This document shows positions 7,713-17,507 of a stretch of DNA of 36,745 nt, one piece after another. Made by a program: the position numbers and the translations under genes. The notes under the pieces are model-generated. The model did not search any database. It was not told the DNA's origin and was given only the letters and a program-made list of their open reading frames with translations. The stretch is from a virus, in the IMG/VR virus record IMGVR_UViG_3300045988_158810. One strand, 5' to 3'. Each line of letters opens with the position of its first letter. Positions within the stretch are counted from its first letter, which is position 1.

Positions 7713-9506
7713 TTAGTTCTCCAGAAGCTTTTTGGTTGCTGGGTCATAGCGGTAATGGCGTCCGCCTGAAGGAGCGGCGGCGGCGGGATTGGCGTTAGTT
7801 CTGGTAACGCGCTCCGGAGCGGGGGGAACTACAGAAGGGAGTGTCTTGCTGTACTTTTCCCACGCCTGCATAGCCGCGAACCGATCACCACCATTTTTGC
7901 GCATCTGGTCAAGCAGAAACAAATCCATCTCTTTGCCGCGGGTCGCGATGTTAAGCATATAATTGGCCATCCAATCATTGCCTGCAGGGGAATTCTCAAG
8001 GCTCGCAAACGTTTTTTTGGCACGTTCGGCGTCACCTTCTGTCTGCACACCTTTTTGTTCCATAAGAACGTTAAGCACGTTTTTGTTAACTAAATAGTTG
8101 AGGGCGTCAGCATCCCGGACATCGTTAGCGCCGATAAAGTTCCCCGAGAACCCTATTTTATGCAGGAACTGATTGACGAGGTCTATTTTATCCTGCAATG
8201 GGCCGGATTTTAAGTTGGGGAGCAGGGATTTTAGCGTTTCGACATTTGTTATCATATCGTTTTTCGCGGATACGTCGCTAATGAGACTATCGTAAAAATC
8301 AGCGCTTTTTTCTGCCAATTTCTGATTAAACATGTATCCAGGGCTGGCTTTAGCCCGCTCGAAATCGAATTTTTCTCTATCGAGAGCGTTCTTTTCCTGC
8401 TGCTGCTGGAGGCCGGCAACACGTCCGGCCGCCGCGCCGTAATCTCCGGGTAAAGACGCGGCCGCCATAATATTAGGCGAGACGCCGCCCGTTCCGCCGC
8501 TGTACGGCGTGCCGGTTGCGCCCTGTGCCTGCTGGCCCCCGCGGTAGTCCACAGACTTATAACCCGCCGGAACGGGTTTCAGCCCAACGGCCATGTCAAA
8601 TTCATCAGCCGGAACGTACTTGTAGGAGCCTTCATTTTTGGTGATTGCCTGCATCAGCCTTTTCATCGTCTGCGGGTCGTTGAGATTAAGCGGCTGATTG
8701 GGATCAACGCCCATCATGGCCGCCGTATCCTTGATGAGAGCGGAAGTGTCGTTCTCGTTGGACGGGCTCCAGCGGGAGATGATAGCGGCTACAGTTGGAT
8801 TTTTCGCATAGGCGGGAGAAAGGAGGTTGGCGCGCATGCCTTTGAGGCCGTCAAGAATGGTAGGATACACGCGTATCTGGTCTTCGTAGTTCCCTACGTT
8901 GCCGGGGTTGTTGGTTATAGCCGCCTTGTCGAGCGGCGCGCCGTCAGGTCCCGCCGGACGCTGGCTTTTAGGCGGGAGTGTGCTTGCGGGCATTGTCGGC
9001 CCGTCAGGGATACGGGGTATTTTCAGGGGGTCCATATCGGCGCCCTGCCCGCTTCCGCCTGTAAGACCGGGGAGCCCCATCAGTCTGCCCCACATATCCC
9101 GGTCCGCGGCTTCGCGCTGTGCCTTTTGCTGGGCAATGCCCAATCTCTGCTGGTTAAGCTGAAGATTCCCAAGAGATATTGCGTTGGCAAGCCCCCTGTC
9201 TTCTCGGGACGCCTCCCACTGCGCACGGGCTAAAGCGTCCTGTGCGGCCACGCGGTCACGCTGGAGGCCGTACATTCCGGCGTTGCCAAGAGCGCCTAAA
9301 GCATCCAGTCCGCCGCGGCCAAGGAGCTGCCCGAAACTTCTTCTGCCGTTATTATTGGCAAGCATGGACAGGGCCGTTACCCCTGCAAGGAAGCCGGGGT
9401 TGCCGGAAACGACATCAGCCATGGACATGTTCTTGGGGGCGGGCTGTCCGCCCCACATGCCGAGAAGGCCGCCCGGCGTCTGTCCGTTATCGTATGGGTA
9501 CGCCAT
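7713..9506 (-). CDS. large virion/internal (ejection-type) protein (597 aa)
   Basis: Translationally coupled (TAATG) to its neighbours. Gly-rich N-terminus and coiled-coil segment. The conserved-looking block AITNNPGNVGNYEDQIRVYPTILDGLKGMRANLLSP has unknown function. Confidence 0.5.
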   Translation of the reverse strand: MAYPYDNGQTPGGLLGMWGGQPAPKNMSMADVVSGNPGFLAGVTALSMLANNNGRRSFGQLLGRGGLDALGALGNAGMYGLQRDRVAAQDALARAQWEASREDRGLANAISLGNLQLNQQRLGIAQQKAQREAADRDMWGRLMGLPGLTGGSGQGADMDPLKIPRIPDGPTMPASTLPPKSQRPAGPDGAPLDKAAITNNPGNVGNYEDQIRVYPTILDGLKGMRANLLSPAYAKNPTVAAIISRWSPSNENDTSALIKDTAAMMGVDPNQPLNLNDPQTMKRLMQAITKNEGSYKYVPADEFDMAVGLKPVPAGYKSVDYRGGQQAQGATGTPYSGGTGGVSPNIMAAASLPGDYGAAAGRVAGLQQQQEKNALDREKFDFERAKASPGYMFNQKLAEKSADFYDSLISDVSAKNDMITNVETLKSLLPNLKSGPLQDKIDLVNQFLHKIGFSGNFIGANDVRDADALNYLVNKNVLNVLMEQKGVQTEGDAERAKKTFASLENSPAGNDWMANYMLNIATRGKEMDLFLLDQMRKNGGDRFAAMQAWEKYSKTLPSVVPPAPERVTRTNANPAAAAPSGGRHYRYDPATKKLLEN

Positions 9507-10357
9507 TACTTGCCGCCTCCCTTTCCGCCGCTGTCTGTCTCGGTAGTGCTCTCACCCTGCCCGCCGTAGGAGCCGCCAACAAGATTAAGATAGTTCTGCA
9601 GGGCTGTCATATCCCGCTGCTGATTATAGTTCCAACGGTCAACGTCGGCATCAACTCTGCTCTGGTTGTAGTCGTCGAGCGAAGAACCCGCCTGAGCCAG
9701 CTGCGCCGCATCCGTATATGCCTGATTGCTCAGAGACTGTGCGGGGCTTGCCGCGGCAATCTGGGAGTTCACGCCCTGATTGTAGGCGTTCGCGGCATTG
9801 CCCGCCGCGCTCACGGCCTGATTGTAGGCGTTGCTGTACATTTCGTTAGCCAGGTTCTGGTCAGCGTCCGCAACAGCGTTAGCCTGCGCGCCGCTCCCGA
9901 ACCGGCCCGCCTGAGAGAAATTTCCATTAATTGCCGCGTTCGCTTTATCAGCCGCATGGTCGTAAAGGCTGTCTATGTACGGGTTCGTAGACTGCGCGTA
10001 CTGATTGAGCGCGTTAAGCCCCGTGTTGCCAGCCATAGCCGAGCCGTTCAGTATGTTAGCCATACTGGAAGCGGCATTGTCGATATTCGCGTCACCGCCC
10101 GTTGCGCGGGCGTTAATCATGTCGCGGGCTGTAGTCGTGTACCCCGATTCATCCGCTACCGTAGAATTAGGGTAGTAATCACCTGCGAGGCCGCCCGACT
10201 CATAGAGCCGCGCCGCTTCGGGGAATACGCCTTTGACTTCTACACCCTGAGAATTTTTGCCCCCGATAAGATAGGGGATTTGGGCCCCCCAAGGGGCCGC
10301 ACTGCTGGTGGTGGTGGATTCTCCACCGCCGCCTTTTCCGCCTCCGCCGCCACCCAT
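9506..10357 (-). CDS. virion internal protein, Gly-rich termini (283 aa)
   Basis: Begins MGGGGGGKGGGG and ends GGKGGGK. N/A/Q-rich helical middle. Lies within the structural operon. Confidence 0.45.
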   Translation of the reverse strand: MGGGGGGKGGGGESTTTSSAAPWGAQIPYLIGGKNSQGVEVKGVFPEAARLYESGGLAGDYYPNSTVADESGYTTTARDMINARATGGDANIDNAASSMANILNGSAMAGNTGLNALNQYAQSTNPYIDSLYDHAADKANAAINGNFSQAGRFGSGAQANAVADADQNLANEMYSNAYNQAVSAAGNAANAYNQGVNSQIAAASPAQSLSNQAYTDAAQLAQAGSSLDDYNQSRVDADVDRWNYNQQRDMTALQNYLNLVGGSYGGQGESTTETDSGGKGGGK

Positions 10358-10371
10358 GACGACACCTCCAT

Positions 10372-10926
10372 CTATAAATCAAGTCCCGATACCGGGACGG
10401 TCATCCTTGTATGTTCTGTTACTATACCGTCAATATTTTGACGCCTGCTGTAGATGTAGCACGAACCGGGAACGCGCGCCACCTCATGGCCGCCCATCAG
10501 GCGGGCCGCCTTCAATGCAGGCCCGTTAGTGGCCGGCGTCGAACCAAGCACCCGTTCAAGGGCAAAAGTCCCGTCTTTTTTCGCGTAAAGCCATTGCGCG
10601 AGCATGCCCACGCATACAGCAATGGGGAGGGGCATGCCCTCGTATCGTCTAACCCCGCATGGGAGAACACAGAAGTGCCCCCACGCTGTTTGCCCGTGCA
10701 GGCTGTTCAGGGCGCACATTGCCAGAAGTTCTCCGTCCAGCAAAACGAACCACGGCAGGTTGCTCCCGTTCCGGCACCACCGGACAAAGTCCGGCAGAGA
10801 GACTTCCGGACGGTCATAGAAGAACTTTTCAAGCCGCCCGGAGGCTTTTGCTTTCTCCCAGAAGAAAGCAAGGCCCCGGTTGCTCACGTCGTCAATAAAC
10901 TGATACTCAAGCCCCATTAGAACCAC
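10372..10926 (-). CDS. hypothetical protein within the structural module (possibly enzyme-like, weak GNAT-like resemblance)
   Basis: A 184-aa globular, Cys/Trp-containing protein, unlike the flanking low-complexity virion proteins. No firm motif. Confidence 0.35.
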   Translation of the reverse strand: MVLMGLEYQFIDDVSNRGLAFFWEKAKASGRLEKFFYDRPEVSLPDFVRWCRNGSNLPWFVLLDGELLAMCALNSLHGQTAWGHFCVLPCGVRRYEGMPLPIAVCVGMLAQWLYAKKDGTFALERVLGSTPATNGPALKAARLMGGHEVARVPGSCYIYSRRQNIDGIVTEHTRMTVPVSGLDL

Positions 10927-11414
10927 TTCCCGAGGTTATACGCTGTACGCTCAAGCCATCCGGCTTCAGGGCCGGGCATAGTATTACCGTTGCGGTCATA
11001 GTACGTGGGATTTGTGCCGGGCGGCACTGCCTCCCCCGTATAAGGCATGTACAGCGTCCTGTTGAGGTGCAGGCCGTACTCGGGGCGAAGGCCGGAACGC
11101 TCCATAGCCGCCTTATCTTCAGGCGTCATCTGCGCGGCTCCTTCAGCGGCCTGTTGTGCCGTCCCCTGCCGCTGGAAACGCGGGTCGGGGACGTTCACGC
11201 TCATATATGCCGGGCCCCCCTGACCCATGAAATAGAGAAGCCCCCCGAGACCGGCAAGGTCAACGGGCGGGTCGTTGGGGACTGATACAGCCGGGGCCTG
11301 TACACGGGGGATAGCGCCGCCCGCGCCTGCGGCCGCGGTAGTTTTGCCCGCCGGAGATTTGTAAAGTCCGCCAAACTGAGGCGTATTGCTTCTGGAAAAA
11401 CCGGAACCTGCCAT
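10917..11414 (-). CDS. virion protein (165 aa)
   Basis: ORF in the structural operon; its end overlaps the next gene's start. Confidence 0.4.
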   Translation of the reverse strand: MAGSGFSRSNTPQFGGLYKSPAGKTTAAAGAGGAIPRVQAPAVSVPNDPPVDLAGLGGLLYFMGQGGPAYMSVNVPDPRFQRQGTAQQAAEGAAQMTPEDKAAMERSGLRPEYGLHLNRTLYMPYTGEAVPPGTNPTYYDRNGNTMPGPEAGWLERTAYNLGKWF

Positions 11415-11806
11415 TAGAACAGACCTCCAAGAAGACCGTTAAGAGCGCCCATGCCGGCACCTACAGCGGCGCCCGTGGGGCCGAAAAGAGAGCCAACCGC
11501 GCCGCCCATACCGGCATTGCCGAGTACCTGACTTTGACCGGACGTGAGCTTTCCGTTCCCGTTCATCATCCCGAGAAGCCCGCCGATGCTCCCCACCGTG
11601 CCCATAACGCCATTCAGGCCGCCGCCCTGCTGCGTGGCCATGCCGGGAGCCTGCATCTGTTGGAAGCCGGCGCCGCCTCCCTGCTGAGTAACAGGGGGCG
11701 TGACTGTCCCGGCGGGACGGGAATACTGCCCCGTCGTGGCCGCGCCTATCTGCCCCTGCTGGAGCCCGTTCTGCCTGAGAAAGGGATTATTGTACTGTGT
11801 CATCAT
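11414..11806 (-). CDS. Gly-rich small virion/internal protein (130 aa)
   Basis: Highly G/A/M/Q-rich (GGLLGMMNGNG…GAGMGALNGLLGGLF). ATGA/TAATG coupling with its neighbour. Confidence 0.45.
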   Translation of the reverse strand: MMTQYNNPFLRQNGLQQGQIGAATTGQYSRPAGTVTPPVTQQGGGAGFQQMQAPGMATQQGGGLNGVMGTVGSIGGLLGMMNGNGKLTSGQSQVLGNAGMGGAVGSLFGPTGAAVGAGMGALNGLLGGLF

Positions 11807-11819
11807 TTTTTAGTCTCCT

Positions 11820-12122
11820 CTAACTTCCGAAGATCAGCCACGCCCAGGAACCCGTGCCGGCGCCGGAAATGGTAAAAGTCATTTCCCCGCGGGTCATTAA
11901 AGAAAGGTGCCATTTCATGCCCGCCGCGTCCGCGTTGAGAGGGACGAGCATCGCCACACGACCGGCACGGCACCGCGGATCCCTGACTGTCTTATCACCG
12001 GCGCCAGCCGTGAAAGAGCCCGTATTGAGCGTTTCACCGGCGATAGCGCCGTTAACCGTGAGCGCTAAGGCCGTCATCTGTTCGGGTGTAGCCTTCGGGT
12101 AAACAGCAACCTGCCTCGCCAT
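11820..12122 (-). CDS. small virion protein (100 aa)
   Basis: ORF in the structural operon, coupled to the 494-aa gene. Confidence 0.4.
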   Translation of the reverse strand: MARQVAVYPKATPEQMTALALTVNGAIAGETLNTGSFTAGAGDKTVRDPRCRAGRVAMLVPLNADAAGMKWHLSLMTRGEMTFTISGAGTGSWAWLIFGS

Positions 12123-13606
12123 TACATTCCCCCTTCAGGCTCTATCAGAGCCTCTACCCCGTGAGCGTCACGCCATGCCGTACCGCCGCCCGGTATAACT
12201 ATACGTGCTAACAGATAGTTGGTGCTGATATGCTGGTAACATACGCCGTCCCTGCTTTGTGAACGGAGAGGCCCGTATTTCGGCTGCTCCTGCTGTCTCG
12301 TTCTGTATATGGGAAGCGCTTTTGCGTCTCCGCGGTCCACGAGCGGGCGCAGGCCGTGAACCATCATGCGGTCACCGCCGATTTCCTGTGTCTCTATGAC
12401 TGCTTCAAGCGGTTTCCCATTCAGGACGCCCATGTACCCTTCAGAATCGAAGCACCCCATCAGAGAACGGCCGGGCATGAATGCCGGTACGTCCAGCGAA
12501 CCAAAGGGGAGCGCGTCCAGTGTGCCGTATTTATCGAGGTCATCAAGCATTTCGCCGCGGGCGTAATCGCCGAAAAGTGTTTGGACAGAAATGACACCGT
12601 ATGACCACTTATCGAGGTCGTAGGAATAGATCAGCACTCTGTCCAGTACGCCGGCTTCCGCCACTTTGGAGGGGAACGCCCAGATGCAGATACGGTTTAC
12701 AGGGTCATGCCAGCCGGTGATTTCGGAAATTCGGGTATGTTCAACCTGCGAGAAGAACCACGTATCGATACGCTCATTTCCGAGGGCCTTAGTGGAAGTC
12801 CCGTCCGTGATGTACCAGCCATCATCAGAAAGGTAGATGCACCCCACACCAAAGTTGACGGGGCTTTTGGGTGCAAGGAGCCCGCGCACGGCGTCAATCT
12901 GTTTGAAGTTGAAAATATAGGGCGGCCCTACGTAGGCCATACGCTGAACAGCACGTTCAAGGAAAACAAGGCCGTCAGTCTGTCCTACGGCGCCCATAAC
13001 GGCCATAACACGGCCGCCTTCCGGGAAATGCTGATAGTCTGACTGCTTCGCGGCGGCGTCATCGGTGCCGGGCTCCGGCCACGTGTCGGGGTCATCCATA
13101 GCTGACCACTGGATGCGCTGCCTGTTGCCCGTCAGGTCACCGAGTACAAGAAATTCCTTCACAATGGCCATGCATTGGGCTGTCGGCGCGTTCGAGACAG
13201 CGGAAAAATCCCCGAACCCGCCCGAGACGGTGGACTTATATAAGCTCGTCCCGTAGAGCATATACAGAGACGGGCCCCAGTTTGCGAAAACGCGGTTGGT
13301 GCTGACTGTCTCCGTGGTGAGCTTGGCAACCCATTCACCGCCCTGCAGGGCGTACACGGGGCCGGTGGAAGAAGCGGCGAGCGTAAGCAGGTCTCCGTTG
13401 ACGTCGCGGAGCGTACAGGCCGCAAGGCACCGCCCGCCCGGAAGCTGGGGAAAAGAGAGGCGGGACACGCCCGGCAGGTATCTGTACCCGCGCTTGCCTG
13501 GGATGACATTGCGGGCTTCCGGAGCCTGCTGGCCGTTGAGAAGCACATCGTCCGGTTCCCACGCCCCGAATTGCAGGAGAACCTTTTTAGCCTGGCTACT
13601 ACTCAC
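12122..13606 (-). CDS. tail hub/tubular-type structural protein (494 aa)
   Basis: Size and position relative to the portal, capsid and ejection-protein genes resemble P22 gp10-like or podoviral tail tube proteins. No motif-level support. Confidence 0.4.
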   Translation of the reverse strand: MSSSQAKKVLLQFGAWEPDDVLLNGQQAPEARNVIPGKRGYRYLPGVSRLSFPQLPGGRCLAACTLRDVNGDLLTLAASSTGPVYALQGGEWVAKLTTETVSTNRVFANWGPSLYMLYGTSLYKSTVSGGFGDFSAVSNAPTAQCMAIVKEFLVLGDLTGNRQRIQWSAMDDPDTWPEPGTDDAAAKQSDYQHFPEGGRVMAVMGAVGQTDGLVFLERAVQRMAYVGPPYIFNFKQIDAVRGLLAPKSPVNFGVGCIYLSDDGWYITDGTSTKALGNERIDTWFFSQVEHTRISEITGWHDPVNRICIWAFPSKVAEAGVLDRVLIYSYDLDKWSYGVISVQTLFGDYARGEMLDDLDKYGTLDALPFGSLDVPAFMPGRSLMGCFDSEGYMGVLNGKPLEAVIETQEIGGDRMMVHGLRPLVDRGDAKALPIYRTRQQEQPKYGPLRSQSRDGVCYQHISTNYLLARIVIPGGGTAWRDAHGVEALIEPEGGM

Positions 13607-14122
13607 TCAATATCCCCCCCCCGTCTGTTGCGAAAATGTACCGGTGCGCACCCATACGCCGGCGGGGCGCTCATCTTCCGTCCACACACCCGCAGCACGG
13701 TCTTCCGGAGACCATGCCCAGCCGCGGAAGGTGAAGCGCAGCTGCTGTCCCGTTCCCCAGTCATCAGGGCAGGCAAAAAAACGAACCCTGATATAACTGA
13801 AGGTTTCGCCGCTTATGGCCTCAGCTGTTCCCGCATACACAAGACCGCGTCTGTAGGTGAGATTGCCGCCTGACAGAATGGCACAGGGTGAAACAGCGTC
13901 GCCGGGCACCCACGCCCTGCGAACGAAGAACCCGCCGCCAGTCTGTGCATGCCCTTCAGGGGCATACCGTCTTGCGCGTACAAGCCTCCCATCCTCCCCC
14001 GATACGGCATTGAGCACGGCGGCATCTCCGGCGATATAAGAATCGTCCAGTGAGACGGTTCCCATCCCGTCTATGTCCGCTCCAAAAAGGCGGTCAAAAT
14101 CGTCAAGGGTGAAGTCGCGCAT
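13607..14122 (-). CDS. structural protein (171 aa from the internal Met start)
   Basis: An internal ATG forms an ATGA overlap with the upstream gene's stop at 14122. The track ORF extends to 14212 but would overlap the upstream gene by 91 nt. Confidence 0.4.
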   Translation of the reverse strand: MRDFTLDDFDRLFGADIDGMGTVSLDDSYIAGDAAVLNAVSGEDGRLVRARRYAPEGHAQTGGGFFVRRAWVPGDAVSPCAILSGGNLTYRRGLVYAGTAEAISGETFSYIRVRFFACPDDWGTGQQLRFTFRGWAWSPEDRAAGVWTEDERPAGVWVRTGTFSQQTGGGY

Positions 14123-14496
14123 CAGTCTATGGTGAGCTTCAGGTCGCCGGCATGCACAATAATTGTGTCGTTGGCTGATAATTCTTTTGCCGTGGACAGG
14201 GAGCCGTACCACACAAGGTTTCCGCCCGTAGCGGCGTCATACACGCCCCACGCAACCACCGTTCCCCACCCTGCCGTAGCCGTTGGGAACTCGATAGCGG
14301 CGGCGTTGGTCATACTGGAAGGGGCGCCAGATACCGGCACCGCAAATGTAATAGCCTGTCTGGCATACGCGCCGCCGCTCACTTCCGTTCCGGCAGAACT
14401 GTCAGTGGGCGCAGCAGTCAGCACGCCGAGGTAGTATGTCTTGGCACTTTTGACCAACCCGAGCACATACGTTTCACCGTAATTCGTCAGGCTCAT
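14122..14496 (-). CDS. small structural protein (124 aa)
   Basis: MSLTNYGETYVLGLVKS…, a Gly/Ala/Thr-rich beta-type protein in the head-tail joining region. Confidence 0.45.
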   Translation of the reverse strand: MSLTNYGETYVLGLVKSAKTYYLGVLTAAPTDSSAGTEVSGGAYARQAITFAVPVSGAPSSMTNAAAIEFPTATAGWGTVVAWGVYDAATGGNLVWYGSLSTAKELSANDTIIVHAGDLKLTID

Positions 14497-14497
14497 T

Positions 14498-15148
14498 TTA
14501 TGTCCTCCTCATGGGCCGCATGCTAATATCTTTAGGGTAGCGGGCCTGCGTCTCCTGCTGGCTGATGTCCGCCACGGCCTGCCTGTAATACTGAGCCCAC
14601 ATGTCAACCGGCACGCTCCCGCGGGTAAAAACCGCGGATTCCACGAGCGAGCCGTAAAGGTACAGGTCAGGATGCCGCAGCAGGATTTCATTATCAGGCT
14701 GTTCATCCCCGAGCGGGGGAATTTCCGCGTAGTAGGTCAGCTGGAGCTTGCCCGCCTGATCAGGCGTTGGCAAAACGAACAAGTCATTGGCTTCGATGGT
14801 GAAACAGTACGGCCGGCCCGTCTTCTCCAGTAAAAGCGCGTATTCGTCGGGAGAGGCATACCACAGATTAACGCTTCCGTTCCCGTCGGGGGGCGTCCAG
14901 ACAATATCCCTCATCTCAAGAAACACGTCCCACTGCCCGGGCACCCGCTTCATCGGGAGGGGCATTTGGCCCTGTCCTTTAGGAAGAGAGGCGTGCGCCC
15001 TGTGCTCCATCGCCCTAAGGCGCAGTGTCCGGTTCCCGCGCTGTTCCCACAGACGGATGAATACGGGGATACGGTCAGACAGATCCTCGCGCCCGAGGTA
15101 GTCGGCAATCGCCGCCTTCAGGCCCTCATAAGTTGTCAGATCAGCCAT
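14498..15148 (-). CDS. head-tail adaptor/connector-type protein (216 aa)
   Basis: Position after the capsid gene. N-terminus MADLTTYEGLKAAIADYLGREDLSDRIPVFIRLWEQ resembles phage adaptor or head-completion proteins. Confidence 0.45.
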   Translation of the reverse strand: MADLTTYEGLKAAIADYLGREDLSDRIPVFIRLWEQRGNRTLRLRAMEHRAHASLPKGQGQMPLPMKRVPGQWDVFLEMRDIVWTPPDGNGSVNLWYASPDEYALLLEKTGRPYCFTIEANDLFVLPTPDQAGKLQLTYYAEIPPLGDEQPDNEILLRHPDLYLYGSLVESAVFTRGSVPVDMWAQYYRQAVADISQQETQARYPKDISMRPMRRT

Positions 15149-15169
15149 TGAACAACTCCCATTTCACAA

Positions 15170-15499
15170 CTAGACAACTTCATGAGTTGTCCGAAACGCT
15201 GCGTTCGCCGGGTCGTTGAGGAACTTTCTCATGTCGTCGGGGTCGTTGAGAATATCCAGCCCCTGCGCTTTTGCTATGTCCACAGCGGCTACAGGGATGC
15301 TCGCCACCCTGCGGAACGTGGGGGCGAACCGGAACCCCTTAAAGTGGTCACGGTCACGCGCGGCCTTATTCAGGCGCAGAATGTCCGTAACGTCCTGTTC
15401 CCGGAAGAGGCGGAAGTCGTCCGTCACATAGTCCGTCACGCCGTCATTGCGGCGCTCAAGGATCTGTCCGGCTTTCCCCTGCTGGAGATTGACGCTCAT
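15170..15499 (-). CDS. small head protein (110 aa from the internal Met)
   Basis: Internal ATG with GGAGGAT RBS. The track ORF's TTG start at 15598 would overlap the capsid gene by 56 nt. Confidence 0.4.
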   Translation of the reverse strand: MSVNLQQGKAGQILERRNDGVTDYVTDDFRLFREQDVTDILRLNKAARDRDHFKGFRFAPTFRRVASIPVAAVDIAKAQGLDILNDPDDMRKFLNDPANAAFRTTHEVV

Positions 15500-15542
15500 G
15501 TATCCTCCAAAAGGGGCCCGCCCAGAGGCAGGCCCCGCAAAA

Positions 15543-16493
15543 TTAGGCAGCCTTAAGGTCAGCCAGTACTCCGGAAGAGGCCTCGTTGCGGGCCTCAAGC
15601 GTAGCTTCTGCCACGATAAAGCCCTTCTCGGAATCGCCGGTTACGGCGAGACGCTGTTCCTGGAACGGACGCAGGTACGCCACCTTCCAGTATTCAGGGT
15701 CAAGAACGAAGGCGCAGGCCTTAGAATAGGTCACATATGCCTGCACCCTGTTCGGCACGAGCTTAAGAGAACCGAAGTCGGAGACGTACACGTCAATAAC
15801 GGCCGTAGCCTTCTTCATCTCCGCCTTTTCCATTTTGGTGCTTCCGCCGGTCAGAACCTCAGACATTTTTACGCGAATGTCAGGGGCCATCATAATTGTA
15901 TTCGGGTTGCCGCCAGTATTGTAAATGCTGGTGAGCAGGGCCTTCAGCATGGCTTCAGTCGGGACACGGGCCGTACCGGCCGCGCAGGCAGCGGAAGAAG
16001 TAGCGGCCGTGCCGGAAGCACCACCGGCAAAGTTGGTGGTAAGCCAGCAGGGAAGGCCCGTCATCAGCCTGCCGCTTGTGCTTTCGCCGGCAGCCAGCTG
16101 ATTGCTCAGAAGGGCGAATTCGAGGTCCTTCTTAATCTCTTTCATCCGAAGGGCCATCTGATGAGTGTACTGCTTGGTTACGCCGTTCTGAACAACAGCC
16201 TGCGCAGTACCGGAAACGTTCACGGCCTTCATCAGGATCTGGGTTTTGTTGCTCAGCTCCGTCGTGTTGGAGCCTGCGAAAGTGGTAACATCAATGCCTT
16301 CTTTCTGGGCATTAGAGCCGGGGGCCGTCAGGGCGTCCGTCTGCCATTCGTGCAGGGTCTGGGACGCGGTAGTACGGCCGCACATAGTCAGGAACGGCGT
16401 ATCCGTAGGGGACACGTCAAAAATCAGTTTAGAGAGATCGCGGGGCTTGCCGTTGACGTTGGCATCCTTAACCTGTCCGCTAACTACAGCCAT
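15543..16493 (-). CDS. major capsid protein
   Basis: A 316-aa protein immediately downstream of the scaffold gene, with a strong RBS (GAGGAGGAT). Composition typical of coat proteins. Confidence 0.6.
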   Translation of the reverse strand: MAVVSGQVKDANVNGKPRDLSKLIFDVSPTDTPFLTMCGRTTASQTLHEWQTDALTAPGSNAQKEGIDVTTFAGSNTTELSNKTQILMKAVNVSGTAQAVVQNGVTKQYTHQMALRMKEIKKDLEFALLSNQLAAGESTSGRLMTGLPCWLTTNFAGGASGTAATSSAACAAGTARVPTEAMLKALLTSIYNTGGNPNTIMMAPDIRVKMSEVLTGGSTKMEKAEMKKATAVIDVYVSDFGSLKLVPNRVQAYVTYSKACAFVLDPEYWKVAYLRPFQEQRLAVTGDSEKGFIVAEATLEARNEASSGVLADLKAA

Positions 16494-16508
16494 ATGTTTT
16501 ATCCTCCT

Positions 16509-17504
16509 CTAGTCCATGGCCGCGAGGGCGGCCGCAAGTGCATCTGTACTGTTCGGGTTTTTGTGGAAATTGGCGAACGCCTGTTTCTGAACGGAAGCGG
16601 TATCATCCCTCACGCCGGAAGGGGCCTGTACCTTGGGCGCCTCCGCGACTTTCTGCGCGGCGGCGGCGCGGGCTTTCGCCATCTGGTCATAGAGCATTGC
16701 CTTTGTGACAAGCTCAAGCTCGTACCCCTTGGACAGGCTGTTGATAGCCTTGTCCGGAATGCCCGCATCCTTCATATACTGGTAGACCTCAGCCGTATAC
16801 TTCTTGCCGTCGTAGCCGTCCCCGATAAGGGCGCGGATTTTGGGCTCGACGGTCTGATACTCGGCGGAGAGGGCCTGCTGGTACTCCTGCGCCCTTTTGG
16901 CTTCTATAGCCTGCGCGGTCTGCCGGATACGGGCGCCGAGCGCCTGTACAGCGTCTGTGCGCTTCTGCACTTCACGTGCCATGCGGATATACTCAGACGG
17001 GTTCTGTTCGCTCAGGGCCTGCCAGTCGATACCGGCATACTCAGCCTTTGCCAGCTCGTCTATGAGCTGATTGGCCTGCCCGAGCAGGGTAGCCGCGGCG
17101 TTGATCTGATTGTCGCGGTCTGCACGCTCATTAAGAACGGTCTGCCGCTCCTGTGCTATGGCCTGTGCATGGGCTTCAGCCATGGCATGCACGGCCGAAC
17201 GGGCGTCAGGTGCAAGTTTTCCCCAGGTATCGGCGTTGAACCCTTCCGGCATGGGGACTTCTGCCGGTTCAACCGGAGCGGCCGGCTGCCCCTGCCCTTC
17301 TCCTTCCCCGTTTTGTCCGGCGTCATCGGGCTGTTCGCCCGGATTGGGCTCGTTCTCTTCACCGGCATTATCGCCGGCGGCGTTATCATCCCCGTTCAGG
17401 GCGGAAACAATATCGTCCACACTCTCAAGCGGGGACGGTTCAGCGGGAGCGGGGGACGTGGTGCTATCGATGGCCGTATTCGCGGTCTGATCGTCATTCG
17501 CCAT
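16509..17504 (-). CDS. scaffolding protein
   Basis: Highly acidic, Ala/Gln-rich coiled-coil protein (NGDDNAAGDNAGEENEPNPGEQPDDAGQNGEGEG…) located between the portal and capsid genes. Confidence 0.6.
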   Translation of the reverse strand: MANDDQTANTAIDSTTSPAPAEPSPLESVDDIVSALNGDDNAAGDNAGEENEPNPGEQPDDAGQNGEGEGQGQPAAPVEPAEVPMPEGFNADTWGKLAPDARSAVHAMAEAHAQAIAQERQTVLNERADRDNQINAAATLLGQANQLIDELAKAEYAGIDWQALSEQNPSEYIRMAREVQKRTDAVQALGARIRQTAQAIEAKRAQEYQQALSAEYQTVEPKIRALIGDGYDGKKYTAEVYQYMKDAGIPDKAINSLSKGYELELVTKAMLYDQMAKARAAAAQKVAEAPKVQAPSGVRDDTASVQKQAFANFHKNPNSTDALAAALAAMD

Positions 17505-17507
17505 AAA

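Noticed and set aside
9179-10441. 420-aa plus-strand ORF
   Set aside because: Antisense to the virion internal-protein genes; Arg/Cys/Val-rich filler.
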